From a virus, in IMG/VR virus record IMGVR_UViG_3300028829_005735, positions 8,241 to 72,240 of that record: a stretch of 64,000 bases of DNA; one strand, written 5' to 3'. This document shows, piece by piece, positions 39,301-49,700 of this stretch. The notes under the pieces were generated by a model. It saw only the letters and a program-made list of their open reading frames with translations, made no database searches and had not been told where the DNA came from. The stretch's first letter is position 1. Every line of letters starts with the position of its first letter. Made by a program: the position numbers and the translations under genes.

Positions 39301-41089
39301 CATATTGCATAGCAACTGCTAAGTGATTACGATAGGATTTAGCTTTTGCATTTTGAAATTCAAATTGATCACCTCTACGAGAAGCCTCAAACATCTCCAT
39401 TTCCATCTCGGCTTGAACGGCCAGATTGTTACCTTTATCCTTGAATACATCAGGACTATTCTCATATAATTCACTTAAAATTTTAACATCTGATTCAAGA
39501 CGGGTTCGTTCTGAAGTTTTAGAAGCTTTATATGTAGTATTGTCTGTGAAATATTTATAACCTCCACCTCTCGTTAATTGAGTACCAGCTTTAACTGTAA
39601 AGTTTACAGGAGAAACAACACCTCCCATAAAAAATCCAGACAAAAATGTTTCAAATCCTTGTCCTGATATTTGCTCTTTAATACCATGTAGCATACCATC
39701 AAACCAATCACCATGAGCTTCGGACCCATATTGGTGCATGTTTTTTGCATTAATCATTTCTTGAAGGTTCTCTTGAAATCCCTCACCAATGTTTGCAGTA
39801 AAATATGTGCCTCCTTTACTCCCAATATTTTTACCAATACGTTTTACACCAGTACCAAAACCATCAGCAAATAACATTTTGGTTCTTTGGGGAATGCCGA
39901 CAATACCTTTTCGGATAACTTTAGCATCACTCATTTTTCCAACAACATCGTAAAATCTATTAGAACGAAGAGTTTTTCCAAAGCCTTTTAAGTCATCAAA
40001 GGCTTTATACATATTGTTGAATACAAGTTTGTTTGTTGCTGATATAGCAACCATATTTTCCCACCATGCATACGTAGAAGCTGTTTTGGCCTGCTCTGCA
40101 TATTTTGCAGCATCTTCGTCTGTTAGAACTCCTTGGTGATTGCTTATTAAATCGTCATATACTTCATCTTCAAGCATTGAGCTTTCAAGTTTAGACTCTG
40201 TTGTGGCAAGGTGAATTGCTTTAACATCCCTAAACATAGAACCTGCTCCTAACATTAATTTACCACCTTCTGTAGTCTTTTTTAAGTCTTGAGCATTGTT
40301 TAATGTCTTAACAAAATTTGTGGTGTTTTCAAAAGGATTTAAGAGATTTAAAGCTCTTTCTCCTGTAGAAAGTTTCTTTGCTTTATTTACACCACGTATA
40401 GTTTTTTGTAAATCACTAGCCATACCCCAGGCATGCTTTAACCTACGAAATGATTGGTATCCTTTGGCTGCCATAGCAGGAGCCGTTAATTCGGAGGCAC
40501 CCCCTAAAGTTAAAGCTGTAATTCCTGCAAGAGCAACTTCTTCGATTACCATATCCGCAACGATACCTACGGTATATCCAGAATTCATTACTAGATTTTG
40601 CATAAACCCTTCGACACCTCCTCTTGTAGAGCTATACGTATCTGCAATTCTTGCGTATTCTTTATCTGAGTTATCTGAAGCCCACGTTTCAAATAAGGCA
40701 TTATCTGTAAATCCTATTTTTAAAAGCTTTCCTGCAGCTGTAAAACTACGATCCCATTGTTCACCACTTGTAAGATTGTCATTATACCATTTTGCATTAT
40801 CTATATACGGATTGTACCCATATTTATTGAACTTAGAATAAGTCTGAAGCTTTTCAAAGTTCTTGTCATATGCAGATGCATTAAAGTTTTTAATTGTTCC
40901 TGAAAATACTTTCTCTCTTTCAGTTAATGCATATGGATTCGGATCGTTGTCTTTACTTTCGTTTAACCGACGTAAATCTTCATCATAACCTTTTTGATCC
41001 TCTGAATCGATAGGGGTAGTATCAACAGGGATGGAATTTCTTCTTGCTAAATCCTCATCCAATAATCTTTGTTCTTCTGGTGAAATCAT
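36368..41089 (-). CDS. giant virion cargo/ejection protein
   Basis: 1573 aa; N-terminal Gly/Ala hydrophobic helices (EVALAGITALTLGGAS; EGFQENLQE; FLSGFFMGGVV) typical of membrane-inserting ejection proteins; acidic C-terminal half. Confidence 0.75.
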   Translation of the reverse strand: MISPEEQRLLDEDLARRNSIPVDTTPIDSEDQKGYDEDLRRLNESKDNDPNPYALTEREKVFSGTIKNFNASAYDKNFEKLQTYSKFNKYGYNPYIDNAKWYNDNLTSGEQWDRSFTAAGKLLKIGFTDNALFETWASDNSDKEYARIADTYSSTRGGVEGFMQNLVMNSGYTVGIVADMVIEEVALAGITALTLGGASELTAPAMAAKGYQSFRRLKHAWGMASDLQKTIRGVNKAKKLSTGERALNLLNPFENTTNFVKTLNNAQDLKKTTEGGKLMLGAGSMFRDVKAIHLATTESKLESSMLEDEVYDDLISNHQGVLTDEDAAKYAEQAKTASTYAWWENMVAISATNKLVFNNMYKAFDDLKGFGKTLRSNRFYDVVGKMSDAKVIRKGIVGIPQRTKMLFADGFGTGVKRIGKNIGSKGGTYFTANIGEGFQENLQEMINAKNMHQYGSEAHGDWFDGMLHGIKEQISGQGFETFLSGFFMGGVVSPVNFTVKAGTQLTRGGGYKYFTDNTTYKASKTSERTRLESDVKILSELYENSPDVFKDKGNNLAVQAEMEMEMFEASRRGDQFEFQNAKAKSYRNHLAVAMQYGMMDQFKSHLQEMKTMDAEQFGEAFKTVGTKTTQQQRNKIIDNQIAKAEQFEEVYESVNKNITNPIDLSKIDKNDPKYNAARQYHAYFERAKQELIFSTSEVNENIERKKKMLEGMRSELKDNTAGDILFSDYEKLFHPETVSNEIDLLESEIQAIEYSEADQKTKKLLKTKEARLAALTEFNNSTERFAELSDAISAYKGSDVELTSTEENELKKLEKEQEKVEKDMHKEHNAYLKTIAPKVKGIAFENLSNKSFESLLDSYKLDNRNADLDFLINVLMNEKSMDEFVNRKVEMHEVFMAQFKRYVENSLKMSRNKEVVSKGLNELYENGLGFHLMHLDDIIEKGEQPPVFYDLETGNQIPRKTTQKDGTSVPNEKHELAVSIVEKMYDKILDKPTENLKEPSAKEKTDAPETLDGEVDSARAEEMAGEVGGGADRRDYQRTEADNVTIKEGDSIDSYPPAVINDLINEYRDQVANEDRVDKNIEDLSSDNLTDRFRSWVDDSADAERIIQEHNEDLAPIPDTFEVLSDAEKAELQELDYTEEDINNLSREDIDAILENKTEVSETQVEEEEVPMTQEEYDAQVEEINKDFDTQKNTHDFAGKVEGIEYDKKLDSRRDAALKDLQEKFEKQQAEQIPDVVGDGKSFDVDVRERDENVDVREQRAIELIAFAEKQSPGEVDSTDYFNRVNAIQDVILNNIGNKVDGHTITEEVIQDVYEILARDPQFDKNVLDTSKELANQKIFDYNNPDVEKNKKEFEKSQYDKMIGLRYTPEDIAGFKPEAIASIIKQGKTKREYVAGLKRIKATEVKEVKAIFKTNDTNLRSQEDLTKLLAKISLENQELFERHTPTINTEIEKIKNSLADLKGFSNLKPGDIVEMKDGSLMKVDKLMKTKVELVNYNSIIQNRTSMTKAQFNGGTGRIINDFNKESKGLVSELEKQNIVDLSKVLSNFTNGVLMSSENTPTEEEMREHFKICK

Positions 41090-41090
41090 C

Positions 41091-44000
41091 TTATTCAGCT
41101 ATTGGATTGTGTTCTTTATAATAAGGTTTAGATATTGCATTTATAATTCTATCGATTTCATATTCGATTGCCTCTGGATTTTGATATAATAATAAGTTTG
41201 GATCAAGATAATCATTAATATCCTTAAATACCTTTCTATCGGTTGTATGGTCCCATGAATAGATATCTCCTGTTACAGCAACACCGGTTCCATCAAGACT
41301 TATTTTAATTCCCTCTGGTGTAAGATGATCACCTTTTTTGTAAGTATATCTACCTACGTCACTTAACATTTGAGCCTTACTTCCTCCATTATGTGCCTCT
41401 TGAAGAAGTCTAGTTTGATGATGAGAGGTGTTTAAATCAAACTCATATACCTCACCACCTGTTACAGCAACTCTCATAGTTTGCCAATCGGATTTAGCAA
41501 GACCCGTTTTACCATCTTTAGGGTGGTGTTTACCACCTATAGCATTAAATTCAATACTACTAATATCAAGGTCCCCACTCAATATGCTATTGATTATTTC
41601 ATTTTTTTGATCATTAGTTCCTTCGTGCATATATTCAAAGTTACCTTGTGCAATTTGTTTTTTTCTGAATACACCTGTTCTTGCACCGTCTACATCTGCT
41701 GATACCATTACATTTAAGTAGTCTCGAATATCTTTAATTGTTCCCTGATCATCAACATTAAGCATGTCGGGATCCAATGTTGTATAGGTTGTACTCAATC
41801 TACTTCCGATTCCAGGCATATAAGGTTTTTCGTTTTTATACCCGTTCTCTTTATAGACAGCATCCATAGCTTCAGCATATAATCGACGACCGTTTTTAAT
41901 AGTTTCACTAGTCATACCGTCGATGTCATACTTAAACCTACCATTTGCGTCTATAAAATCATCGGCTGTATATACTTGTTTTCCTGCAAAATCTCCTGTC
42001 CCTTCTTCCCATATAAATTGTTGAAAGTATTTACTACCTTTCATTTCTGCTCTCAAAACTCTTTTGATATCCGTAGCATTATCTCTTTTACTTTCGGTAT
42101 AACCATTATATGTTTCGTCTTGCACCTCATATTTTTTAGCTGCATCTTTATATGGTTTACTGTTAAAATAATCATTAACCCCTTCTGACTTATTTCGAAG
42201 TTTAGTTTTATAAATTTTGTCACCTAAATAATTACTGTCTGCTACAAGCTTTTTTATTACATCTAAAGAAAGGTTTTTATCTAATTGAGTATCGCTTAAA
42301 TGAAGTCCTCTAAGCTTTCCGTATGATCCTTTTCCCTTACCTTTAAGATGACCACCTTTAAGAGGAACTGCAGAGAAAAATAGATTTGATCCTCCTTCGT
42401 CAAAATCTTTATACAATGAACCTATATTATGTGTTTCTCCACTAGCTCCAACCCAAGTAAGAGTCCCGGAAGTAGTAGACCCACCAGTACTAATAAGATA
42501 ATCATGAACAGTTTTTTGTAAAGATTTAAACTCATCAGAATCCTCATCTATAGTTTTAAGCCATTCTTCTGTAAACTTCTTAGCCAATTGCTGCTTTCCT
42601 TTTAATGCAGCCTGATCGTTTTGTTTAAAGTGTTTTTCTGCTTTCCCTTCTCCTGCATCACCATCACTTTCAGTACCTGTGGTTCGCACCCATTGTGTTC
42701 CCGATTCGGCAGCTTTTATAGCAGAATTTACTTCGTTAATACGAGTACCTAATTTCTCGTTTACTATTTTTTTATCTTCTTTACTTAAGTTCTCGTAACC
42801 TATTTTTGCAACTTTTTTGTAGTATTTTTGTTTTGCAGGATCGGTATGTCCTTCTGCAACAAAAGACATCATATCATTTACGTCTTTCGGTTCATAATCA
42901 GACCAGTTATATCCAGAAAAATCCTCCCCTTCTTCTCTTTGTGGCAAAGGGTTTCCCAAATTTTCTGAAAGCCATTCTCCTGCTTTTTTGAAAAGGCCCA
43001 TAAGTCCACCGGTAGCTTCACTACCACCACCATCAGCACCATCACCGGCAGTTACCTGTCCACCTCCCATTTCTAGTATGGTATTGTAGTCTGGGTTATC
43101 TTTCAATACTTTACCCCAAGTTGTTCCACCTTTTTCATCTAAAAGTGCTGCTTGTTGTTCAGTAATCCACTTTGCTCTAGCTGTTTTCACCTTCTCATTA
43201 TGAGCCATGGCAGCAACTCTCTTGGGATCGGAGGGATTCTTCCCTTTTTTTGAAAGGTCAGTAGCGGTATAATAATCGAATTTTTTATTAGCAGCAGCTA
43301 CAATCTCAGACATAGCCTGCTCCCCTTTACCTCCAAAAGCTTTAGTGAATCGTTTGTTAATCGTGTGAGCAATACTCATGCCTCCACCACCTTCACCTTT
43401 GAATTCAGCTAAGTCAAGTCGGCCTTGTTGTTTTACATTTTCAAGTTCTAAACGACCTTTCTGCTTGACACCTTCTAAAGATACGTTGTATCCATGTTGA
43501 ATCCTCATTTTAGCTTTCTCATCTAGTTCTAATAATGTTTCTTCATCTCTATGAGAAAGAGTTTTAGCAGTACTTCGTAACTCTGCATCTAGTTTAATTA
43601 ATCCTGAAGCTTGGTCAAGTTGGTGACCGATATTACGAATAACACGATGGTTATTTGCATTCTTTAAAGCTGTTTGAGAAATTTCAGCAAATCCTTTTGC
43701 CTTATCCGATAACCCTTTTAATTGCGATAACTCTACATACTTAACATAATTTGCATCACCTATACGCATCAAGCCCTTATCTTTCATTTTTTCTAGGGCT
43801 TTTAGTTGACGATCGATACTTTCATTATCGGCACCAATCTCTATAGCAATTTTATTAACGGCTTCGTTTAACGTTTTAGATTGTTCGGTAATATAGCCTA
43901 CCTCTGCTTCTTGCATCGTTTTAAAGTTTCCTGCATTTATCTGGTTTGTTGCCCAATCTTTTCTTTCGTTATACGATTCAACTTCAAATTGTTTTTGGTA

Positions 44001-44678
44001 TCCAGGATTATCAGCATATAATTTATCGAACAACTCCGTAAGAGGAGTTTCAAGCAGTCTTCCGTTTTTTGTGGTAACTTTATAGTCACCCATAATATCT
44101 TCTTTGGTAATATTTAGTCCAGATTCTTTAGCGGCCACCATTGCCTTTTCCATTATATTATGGTAAGGAACGAACTCGGCATTTTCAAAAGTAAGAGAAT
44201 CTTTATTATCAGTTTCAGCAAACTCTTGACGTTTGTATTGCATATATTTCATTCCACCATCCCAATACTCTCCACCACACTTCTCAGGATCGATACAGTT
44301 TTTATACTGTTCGGCACGTTGTAATTGATTTTGGTAGTTCTTGGTCCATACCATATCTTTTACAAGGTAGTCGTTATCATATACTTGAGTGAATACATTT
44401 TGAGCTTTGTTTACATTGGATTGTTTTGATAAATCAATCCCTGCAATTTTCTTTAAATCTCCATCAATAAGTTTGAAGAAATCATCTCTGGCTTCAATAT
44501 TACTTTCACGAGTAAGACCTGCGTTGAGAATCTTACCGTACATATCACTAAGTTGCTTATGACCTTGATCATATTTAGATTGACGAGCCGACAATAATTG
44601 ACTCTCAAACTGCAAGTTTGGTTGAGGTGGTCTTACACTCGTAATCTTATCTGTAACACCTTGTAAATACGTAGCCAT
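41091..44678 (-). CDS. virion cargo/structural protein
   Basis: 1195 aa, MATYLQGVTD start, coiled-coil rich; position upstream of the RNAP cluster. Confidence 0.7.
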   Translation of the reverse strand: MATYLQGVTDKITSVRPPQPNLQFESQLLSARQSKYDQGHKQLSDMYGKILNAGLTRESNIEARDDFFKLIDGDLKKIAGIDLSKQSNVNKAQNVFTQVYDNDYLVKDMVWTKNYQNQLQRAEQYKNCIDPEKCGGEYWDGGMKYMQYKRQEFAETDNKDSLTFENAEFVPYHNIMEKAMVAAKESGLNITKEDIMGDYKVTTKNGRLLETPLTELFDKLYADNPGYQKQFEVESYNERKDWATNQINAGNFKTMQEAEVGYITEQSKTLNEAVNKIAIEIGADNESIDRQLKALEKMKDKGLMRIGDANYVKYVELSQLKGLSDKAKGFAEISQTALKNANNHRVIRNIGHQLDQASGLIKLDAELRSTAKTLSHRDEETLLELDEKAKMRIQHGYNVSLEGVKQKGRLELENVKQQGRLDLAEFKGEGGGGMSIAHTINKRFTKAFGGKGEQAMSEIVAAANKKFDYYTATDLSKKGKNPSDPKRVAAMAHNEKVKTARAKWITEQQAALLDEKGGTTWGKVLKDNPDYNTILEMGGGQVTAGDGADGGGSEATGGLMGLFKKAGEWLSENLGNPLPQREEGEDFSGYNWSDYEPKDVNDMMSFVAEGHTDPAKQKYYKKVAKIGYENLSKEDKKIVNEKLGTRINEVNSAIKAAESGTQWVRTTGTESDGDAGEGKAEKHFKQNDQAALKGKQQLAKKFTEEWLKTIDEDSDEFKSLQKTVHDYLISTGGSTTSGTLTWVGASGETHNIGSLYKDFDEGGSNLFFSAVPLKGGHLKGKGKGSYGKLRGLHLSDTQLDKNLSLDVIKKLVADSNYLGDKIYKTKLRNKSEGVNDYFNSKPYKDAAKKYEVQDETYNGYTESKRDNATDIKRVLRAEMKGSKYFQQFIWEEGTGDFAGKQVYTADDFIDANGRFKYDIDGMTSETIKNGRRLYAEAMDAVYKENGYKNEKPYMPGIGSRLSTTYTTLDPDMLNVDDQGTIKDIRDYLNVMVSADVDGARTGVFRKKQIAQGNFEYMHEGTNDQKNEIINSILSGDLDISSIEFNAIGGKHHPKDGKTGLAKSDWQTMRVAVTGGEVYEFDLNTSHHQTRLLQEAHNGGSKAQMLSDVGRYTYKKGDHLTPEGIKISLDGTGVAVTGDIYSWDHTTDRKVFKDINDYLDPNLLLYQNPEAIEYEIDRIINAISKPYYKEHNPIAE

Positions 44679-44693
44679 TGTTTACTGTTTTTT

Positions 44694-44701
44694 CAAAAAT
44701 A
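44694..44701 (-). promoter_or_regulatory. possible Bacteroidota -7 promoter element
   Basis: TATTTTTG (TAnnTTTG) on the - strand ~16 nt before ATG 44678; -33 element weak. Confidence 0.3.
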
Positions 44702-44727
44702 CTAATTTAATACTAAACATTTTTTAG

Positions 44728-46749
44728 TTAAGTAGTTGATTCAGGATATGGAATCTGCTGAACATCATATTTTCCTGAGTGCTGTGCCATTGCAAGTTTG
44801 GCAATTACGGATTCGTCAGTTCCTGGCGGAAGTGAGTTTGCAAGATCATTATATGTATCAGCTACTGTTTTCTGTCCACCCATTGTTGGACCGAAATCTT
44901 TCCCTTTAATGAACTCGTGAATTCCTGTATTTGGATCCTTAGCAAATTGTTCACCAATAGTAGCCTCGAGATTCAATCTATCAGCACGTTCTTGCCACAT
45001 AGCAATCTCGTTCTCTGCGATATTTGTATCTGCAGCAATCATTGAATTTGAATATTGTTGTTTCAATGCTGTAGTCTTATCGTGATGCCCCGTAATAGCA
45101 TTTGCCAATCTTTCTGCTGAACGATTTGCAATTTGTGTATTAGCCATCTGCTCACGATTGTAAGCCTGAACATTTTTATCTTCGTATTGGCCAATTACTT
45201 TCCCCATCATATCAAACTGCTGACCTGCTAGGAAGTTAGCCGTTTGTTGTTGTTGTGGAGCAAACATTGCTTGCTTTGTCCCTTGGGTGTTAACCATGGA
45301 CTGTATTTGATTAATAACGTTATCCGGACTATAATATGCTTGGTCAGCATAATAAGTTTCAGGAACAGCCGTCATTGGCTTTAGGTATTGAATGTTTCTT
45401 TTGTTCTTCTTTGCTTGTTTTAAAGCACGTTTGTTAGACCAAAGGAAATCCATATTACGTTCTGTCTCTGGAGTCACCTCAAGAGGTTCTATATCCCATT
45501 TGTAAAGCTCATCAACAACTGCTGGATCAGCTTCAACTTCTACAACCTTTCCATCAATAGTTTTGTATGCTTTGTAGTACCCATCTCCTTGGTGAATATA
45601 CTTAAGGCCATCTTGTTCAGGTGCATTCTTATACGCATCGGTTGCCGTAAGTTTATCCATTTCCTTTTGGGAAATTTGTGTGATATCAGAATTAACCATT
45701 CTATACCACCACTTACCATCTTCATAGGCATCGGCAACATTAGCGGCATTAAGAGTACCATCTTTAAGCATCAATCGAAGGTCCTCATTTGTATAAGTAC
45801 CATCTTCTCCTGAAGGCTTGTACTTACTTTTATGACCTTCCATAATTGACTGAAGCTTATCGTTTGGTCTATGACTTTTTGTAGTTGTTTCACCAACATC
45901 TGTTGTCATGAAATCAAAAATCAAATCTGGATTTGTTTCAATAGCTTTTAATTGAACCTCTCTCATTCTTGATTTTACAGCTGAAGGTGGAGCATCTTTA
46001 TCGATTAAAGGAAGACCATAAATCTTCATGTACTTATTCAATCGTTCAATACCTTCTTCAGTATAAGCTTGGCTCTCATCATATGGTGGAGCACGTTTAA
46101 TCTCATCTCCTTTAGCAGCTTTAGGAAGTGTACGGAACCTAACTTCTGAACCATATCTAAATTCAGGATTACCTTCCGGTGATGCACCTTCAACTTGTTG
46201 AACTTGCTCTTGCTCTCCACTTGCACCAAATATTTGTTCATAGTCTAAACCAATTCTCTCTAAGAATGGTTCGAAATGTTTTGAATGCTCACCAGGAGCA
46301 CCTTTCTTTTCGTGAAATTCCTGAATAGTAAATAGAGCACTTAACTTAAAGGCACTGTTTTCTAAGTTTTTTTTTAAAGATTCAGTTCTAATCTTGTCAA
46401 TACTTTCATCTTTAAGTTCTTCTTGAGATTTTGTAACGTCATACTTCTTTGAAATTTGAGCAAATGTTTTTGGCTTTTTGCCACTCTCACCAAAAAACTT
46501 TAGGATAACTGGATCTTTAACCTTTAATGAATCGGAATATATTGCAGTTCCTTCAGGCACACCAAGAGGTGTACCACCTTCACTATGTTTCTTACCACCA
46601 ATGCCAACAAGTATCTTTTGATTACTTACGTTGTCTTTGGTAAGCATAGTTTCTCCCTTTTCAGCCTCGACGTTAGCCTGATTTCTAGGCACACCTTGAG
46701 TGGTATGCATGCCTGGAGTTTCCTCTATTTTGAATCTCTTACCTGCCAT
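44728..46749 (-). CDS. virion cargo protein
   Basis: 673 aa; ANVEAEKGET...GKKHSEGGTPL...IYSD block seen in crAss-like cargo proteins. Confidence 0.7.
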   Translation of the reverse strand: MAGKRFKIEETPGMHTTQGVPRNQANVEAEKGETMLTKDNVSNQKILVGIGGKKHSEGGTPLGVPEGTAIYSDSLKVKDPVILKFFGESGKKPKTFAQISKKYDVTKSQEELKDESIDKIRTESLKKNLENSAFKLSALFTIQEFHEKKGAPGEHSKHFEPFLERIGLDYEQIFGASGEQEQVQQVEGASPEGNPEFRYGSEVRFRTLPKAAKGDEIKRAPPYDESQAYTEEGIERLNKYMKIYGLPLIDKDAPPSAVKSRMREVQLKAIETNPDLIFDFMTTDVGETTTKSHRPNDKLQSIMEGHKSKYKPSGEDGTYTNEDLRLMLKDGTLNAANVADAYEDGKWWYRMVNSDITQISQKEMDKLTATDAYKNAPEQDGLKYIHQGDGYYKAYKTIDGKVVEVEADPAVVDELYKWDIEPLEVTPETERNMDFLWSNKRALKQAKKNKRNIQYLKPMTAVPETYYADQAYYSPDNVINQIQSMVNTQGTKQAMFAPQQQQTANFLAGQQFDMMGKVIGQYEDKNVQAYNREQMANTQIANRSAERLANAITGHHDKTTALKQQYSNSMIAADTNIAENEIAMWQERADRLNLEATIGEQFAKDPNTGIHEFIKGKDFGPTMGGQKTVADTYNDLANSLPPGTDESVIAKLAMAQHSGKYDVQQIPYPESTT

Positions 46750-49700
46750 TAGTATAATTGTTTAACCTTATATCCTAAATTCTCCATCATCTTTAATTGG
46801 TCTGGAGTAAGTGTTAGTTCTTCACCTACCTGCATTCCTGCTTTAGCCAGCACTAGACCACCATGCTTTAATCCGTATCCCAATCTACCTGAACTTCTAC
46901 CAAAGAAGTCATCTGTAAACTTCTGACCTTTCTGACCGTATTGACCTTGAGTACGATTAGTACCTGCTAAAATATCAGCACCAGTATCTTGAGGAAGTTG
47001 TCTTCCTGTATTACGATCGTATAGACCTTCATCTCCAGAACTTGGAGGAACTACTCCAAACTTTCTGTCAACCGACTGCATTGAGCGTTCTTCTTCAGGA
47101 CTCATCACGGTATTCATTCCTTCAAGGAATTCGTTGAACATTGAACCACCTTCGTAAAGAACATCTGCCATGGCACCATAATCTACATCATATTCATATA
47201 GAGGTTTAAATTTAGCTACCTCATCTCCTTTTTTAGATGTAGGAATATAGTATTCAAGCATTCCAGTCTTACCACCATATCTGAATTCAGGTGGCATTTC
47301 TCCAGCAGCAACTCCTGACATACTACGAACCATCTCTACGTTGTCTAAAGCATCGTTTAATTGAGCTTGTGTTGGGTTTTTAATTCCTCGTGCACGAAGA
47401 TTTGCTTCAGCAATATTATAAGTAGCATCAACCTCATTACCATAATCGTTTTGACCAGCTGTAGCGTTAATAATAATACTAGGATCATTTGACTCAACAC
47501 CACGTTCATCTCCTCGTTGGATTTGTTCTTCTCCAGTTTTAGTTGAAGTTGCAGTACGAGGTTTACCACCTGCAGAATCTACTATAGATTGTTGCCAACC
47601 TTTTCCAAATCTTCTATCGACTCGTCCTTGTTTTCGAGCATCTCTTCTTTCCCCTCGTTCTGTTCGTCTTTGTGTTCCGGCTAATTTTCGACCTTCTTTT
47701 CTTTCCCACCTGTCTATGTCACCACTTCGGTCAGTATCGAAAGCTCTGTTTCGGTTTTGCTTACGGGTTAATCCGTTTGTCACAATAGCATCAGTATTGA
47801 CTTGTTGCGTAGGATTAACCTTATGTGACAACCCTTGATTCTCAGCTTCTTCCTGAGTCATTTGCACTTCGTTTCCATCTGCATCTATAGCTGTAACCAT
47901 AGCATCTGCTGCATTATACCCTTCGGTATTTACAGGATTTCCATCAGCATCGGTTTCCACAACATTACCTTGTTCGTCAACCAACTCCTCTTGCCCCGTA
48001 ACAGGATTGAAGCTAATCTTTAATCGTTCCCGACTTCCGAAAATACCATTTCTACTTTTATAATCAATATCAGAAATACCCGATTGCCTTGCATAGAATT
48101 CTTCTGGACTCATACTACCCTGAACACCAACTTGTCTACGATTAACAATATTAGACATGGCATTTAAAAAGCTAGGGTTTAATGCTCGTCTTCCAGACAT
48201 ACCCCATTGAGGTTCTCCATTTATGTTCCATCCTTCTTTAACTCTATCAGGATCATTTGCTTGACCAGCATCTGGATCACCTCCCGGATCTTCATCCTTA
48301 ACGGCAACCATCTTTCCGTCAACATATTTATATGTTACACCTTCTTCATATTCAGTCTCAGCATTCTTTTGGTCCTCGGCATCTCTCTCCTCTTGAGTTA
48401 ATGCAGCTCGTCTTTCTTCTTCTTTTTTAGCCTCTTGCTCTGGAGTAAGGACTACAGGAACGTTTTCGTCAGTTATATCTGCGTTTGCATCTACTTTAGG
48501 TGGAGCAGTTGGACCTGTGTATCCTGCTTGCTCTGCAGCACCTCCTATACTTCTTGATAAATTTTGTTGTTCTTCAGGAGTCATAGCATCAAACTCTTCA
48601 CGAGTCTTATTATGCATCTGTAAATCCATATCTGTTACAGAATCTATTGCGGCTTGATTAGCTTCGGCTGTTGCTTTAGCTTCTGCAGTAAACTGAGCCA
48701 TATCAGTTTTGAATTTCTCTAACCCGGCATCATCAAGTAAAAGATCGTCTGGGCTATTGCTCCATTCAGTTTGTTCAAAGGTATATCCTTTCTCCATTGC
48801 AGCCTTACCGAAGTCTGAATTTTCCCATATTCCTTTACTAATTTCTACAGCGATATCTGTCCATTCCGGATTATTTTCTACAGAAGGATCTTCAATCATA
48901 TTGTAGTTACTCATGTTCTGTAACTCCTCTACAGTCTCAACCCCATACTTATCTTTAATAAATTGAGGAAGTTCTGTTCCATCCCATCTAGGAACTCCAT
49001 CTGGACCAACTTCAATACCATCTTTTGCCATTGGCATCTGAGGTGGTAGTTGTTGAAACTGAGGGGCACCTTGCCCGTTAGCAAAACGTTGGTTAACCTT
49101 ATTCATGGCATAACCCGAAAACAATTTCTTTTGTAATGCATTCTTTAATCCCGTAGTGTAAGCCTCTGTAGAAGATGAATCTAATTCGGATGCATCAGTC
49201 TTCCCACCAGTCTTATACATTTTGATAAGGTTCTTTCTTACATCATTAAAATCAATAGTGTTACCATCAAAGACAATCCCCCCACCTTGCATGTTGTCAA
49301 TAGCATATTGAGCTCCTGCATTTGGGTTATGACTAGCACCAGGCATCATGGTTCCATCTGGCATCCTATGAGTTGCTCCTCCAAACTTCATTTGAGGTTG
49401 ACCTTGGCCACCACCTTGTGATTGTTGAACAGCTTGAGCCATCTGCTGGATAGCTTGTTGTTGTTCTTCACTGCTCATACCTTCAAGACTCTGCATAATT
49501 TCTTCAGGAGCTTGTTGATTCATTTGAGCAAATGCCACTATTATTTGTTGGATTTGTGCTTCTGGACCTGCAGGTTGCTGCATTCCGTTTTGTGCTTTTC
49601 TTAAAGGTCGTCTCATAACATCGGTCTTACTTAAAGATAAGAAATTTTGTTGAGGTTTAGTAACTAATTTTTGTTTAGTCTTAGCATTGTTTTTTTCACC

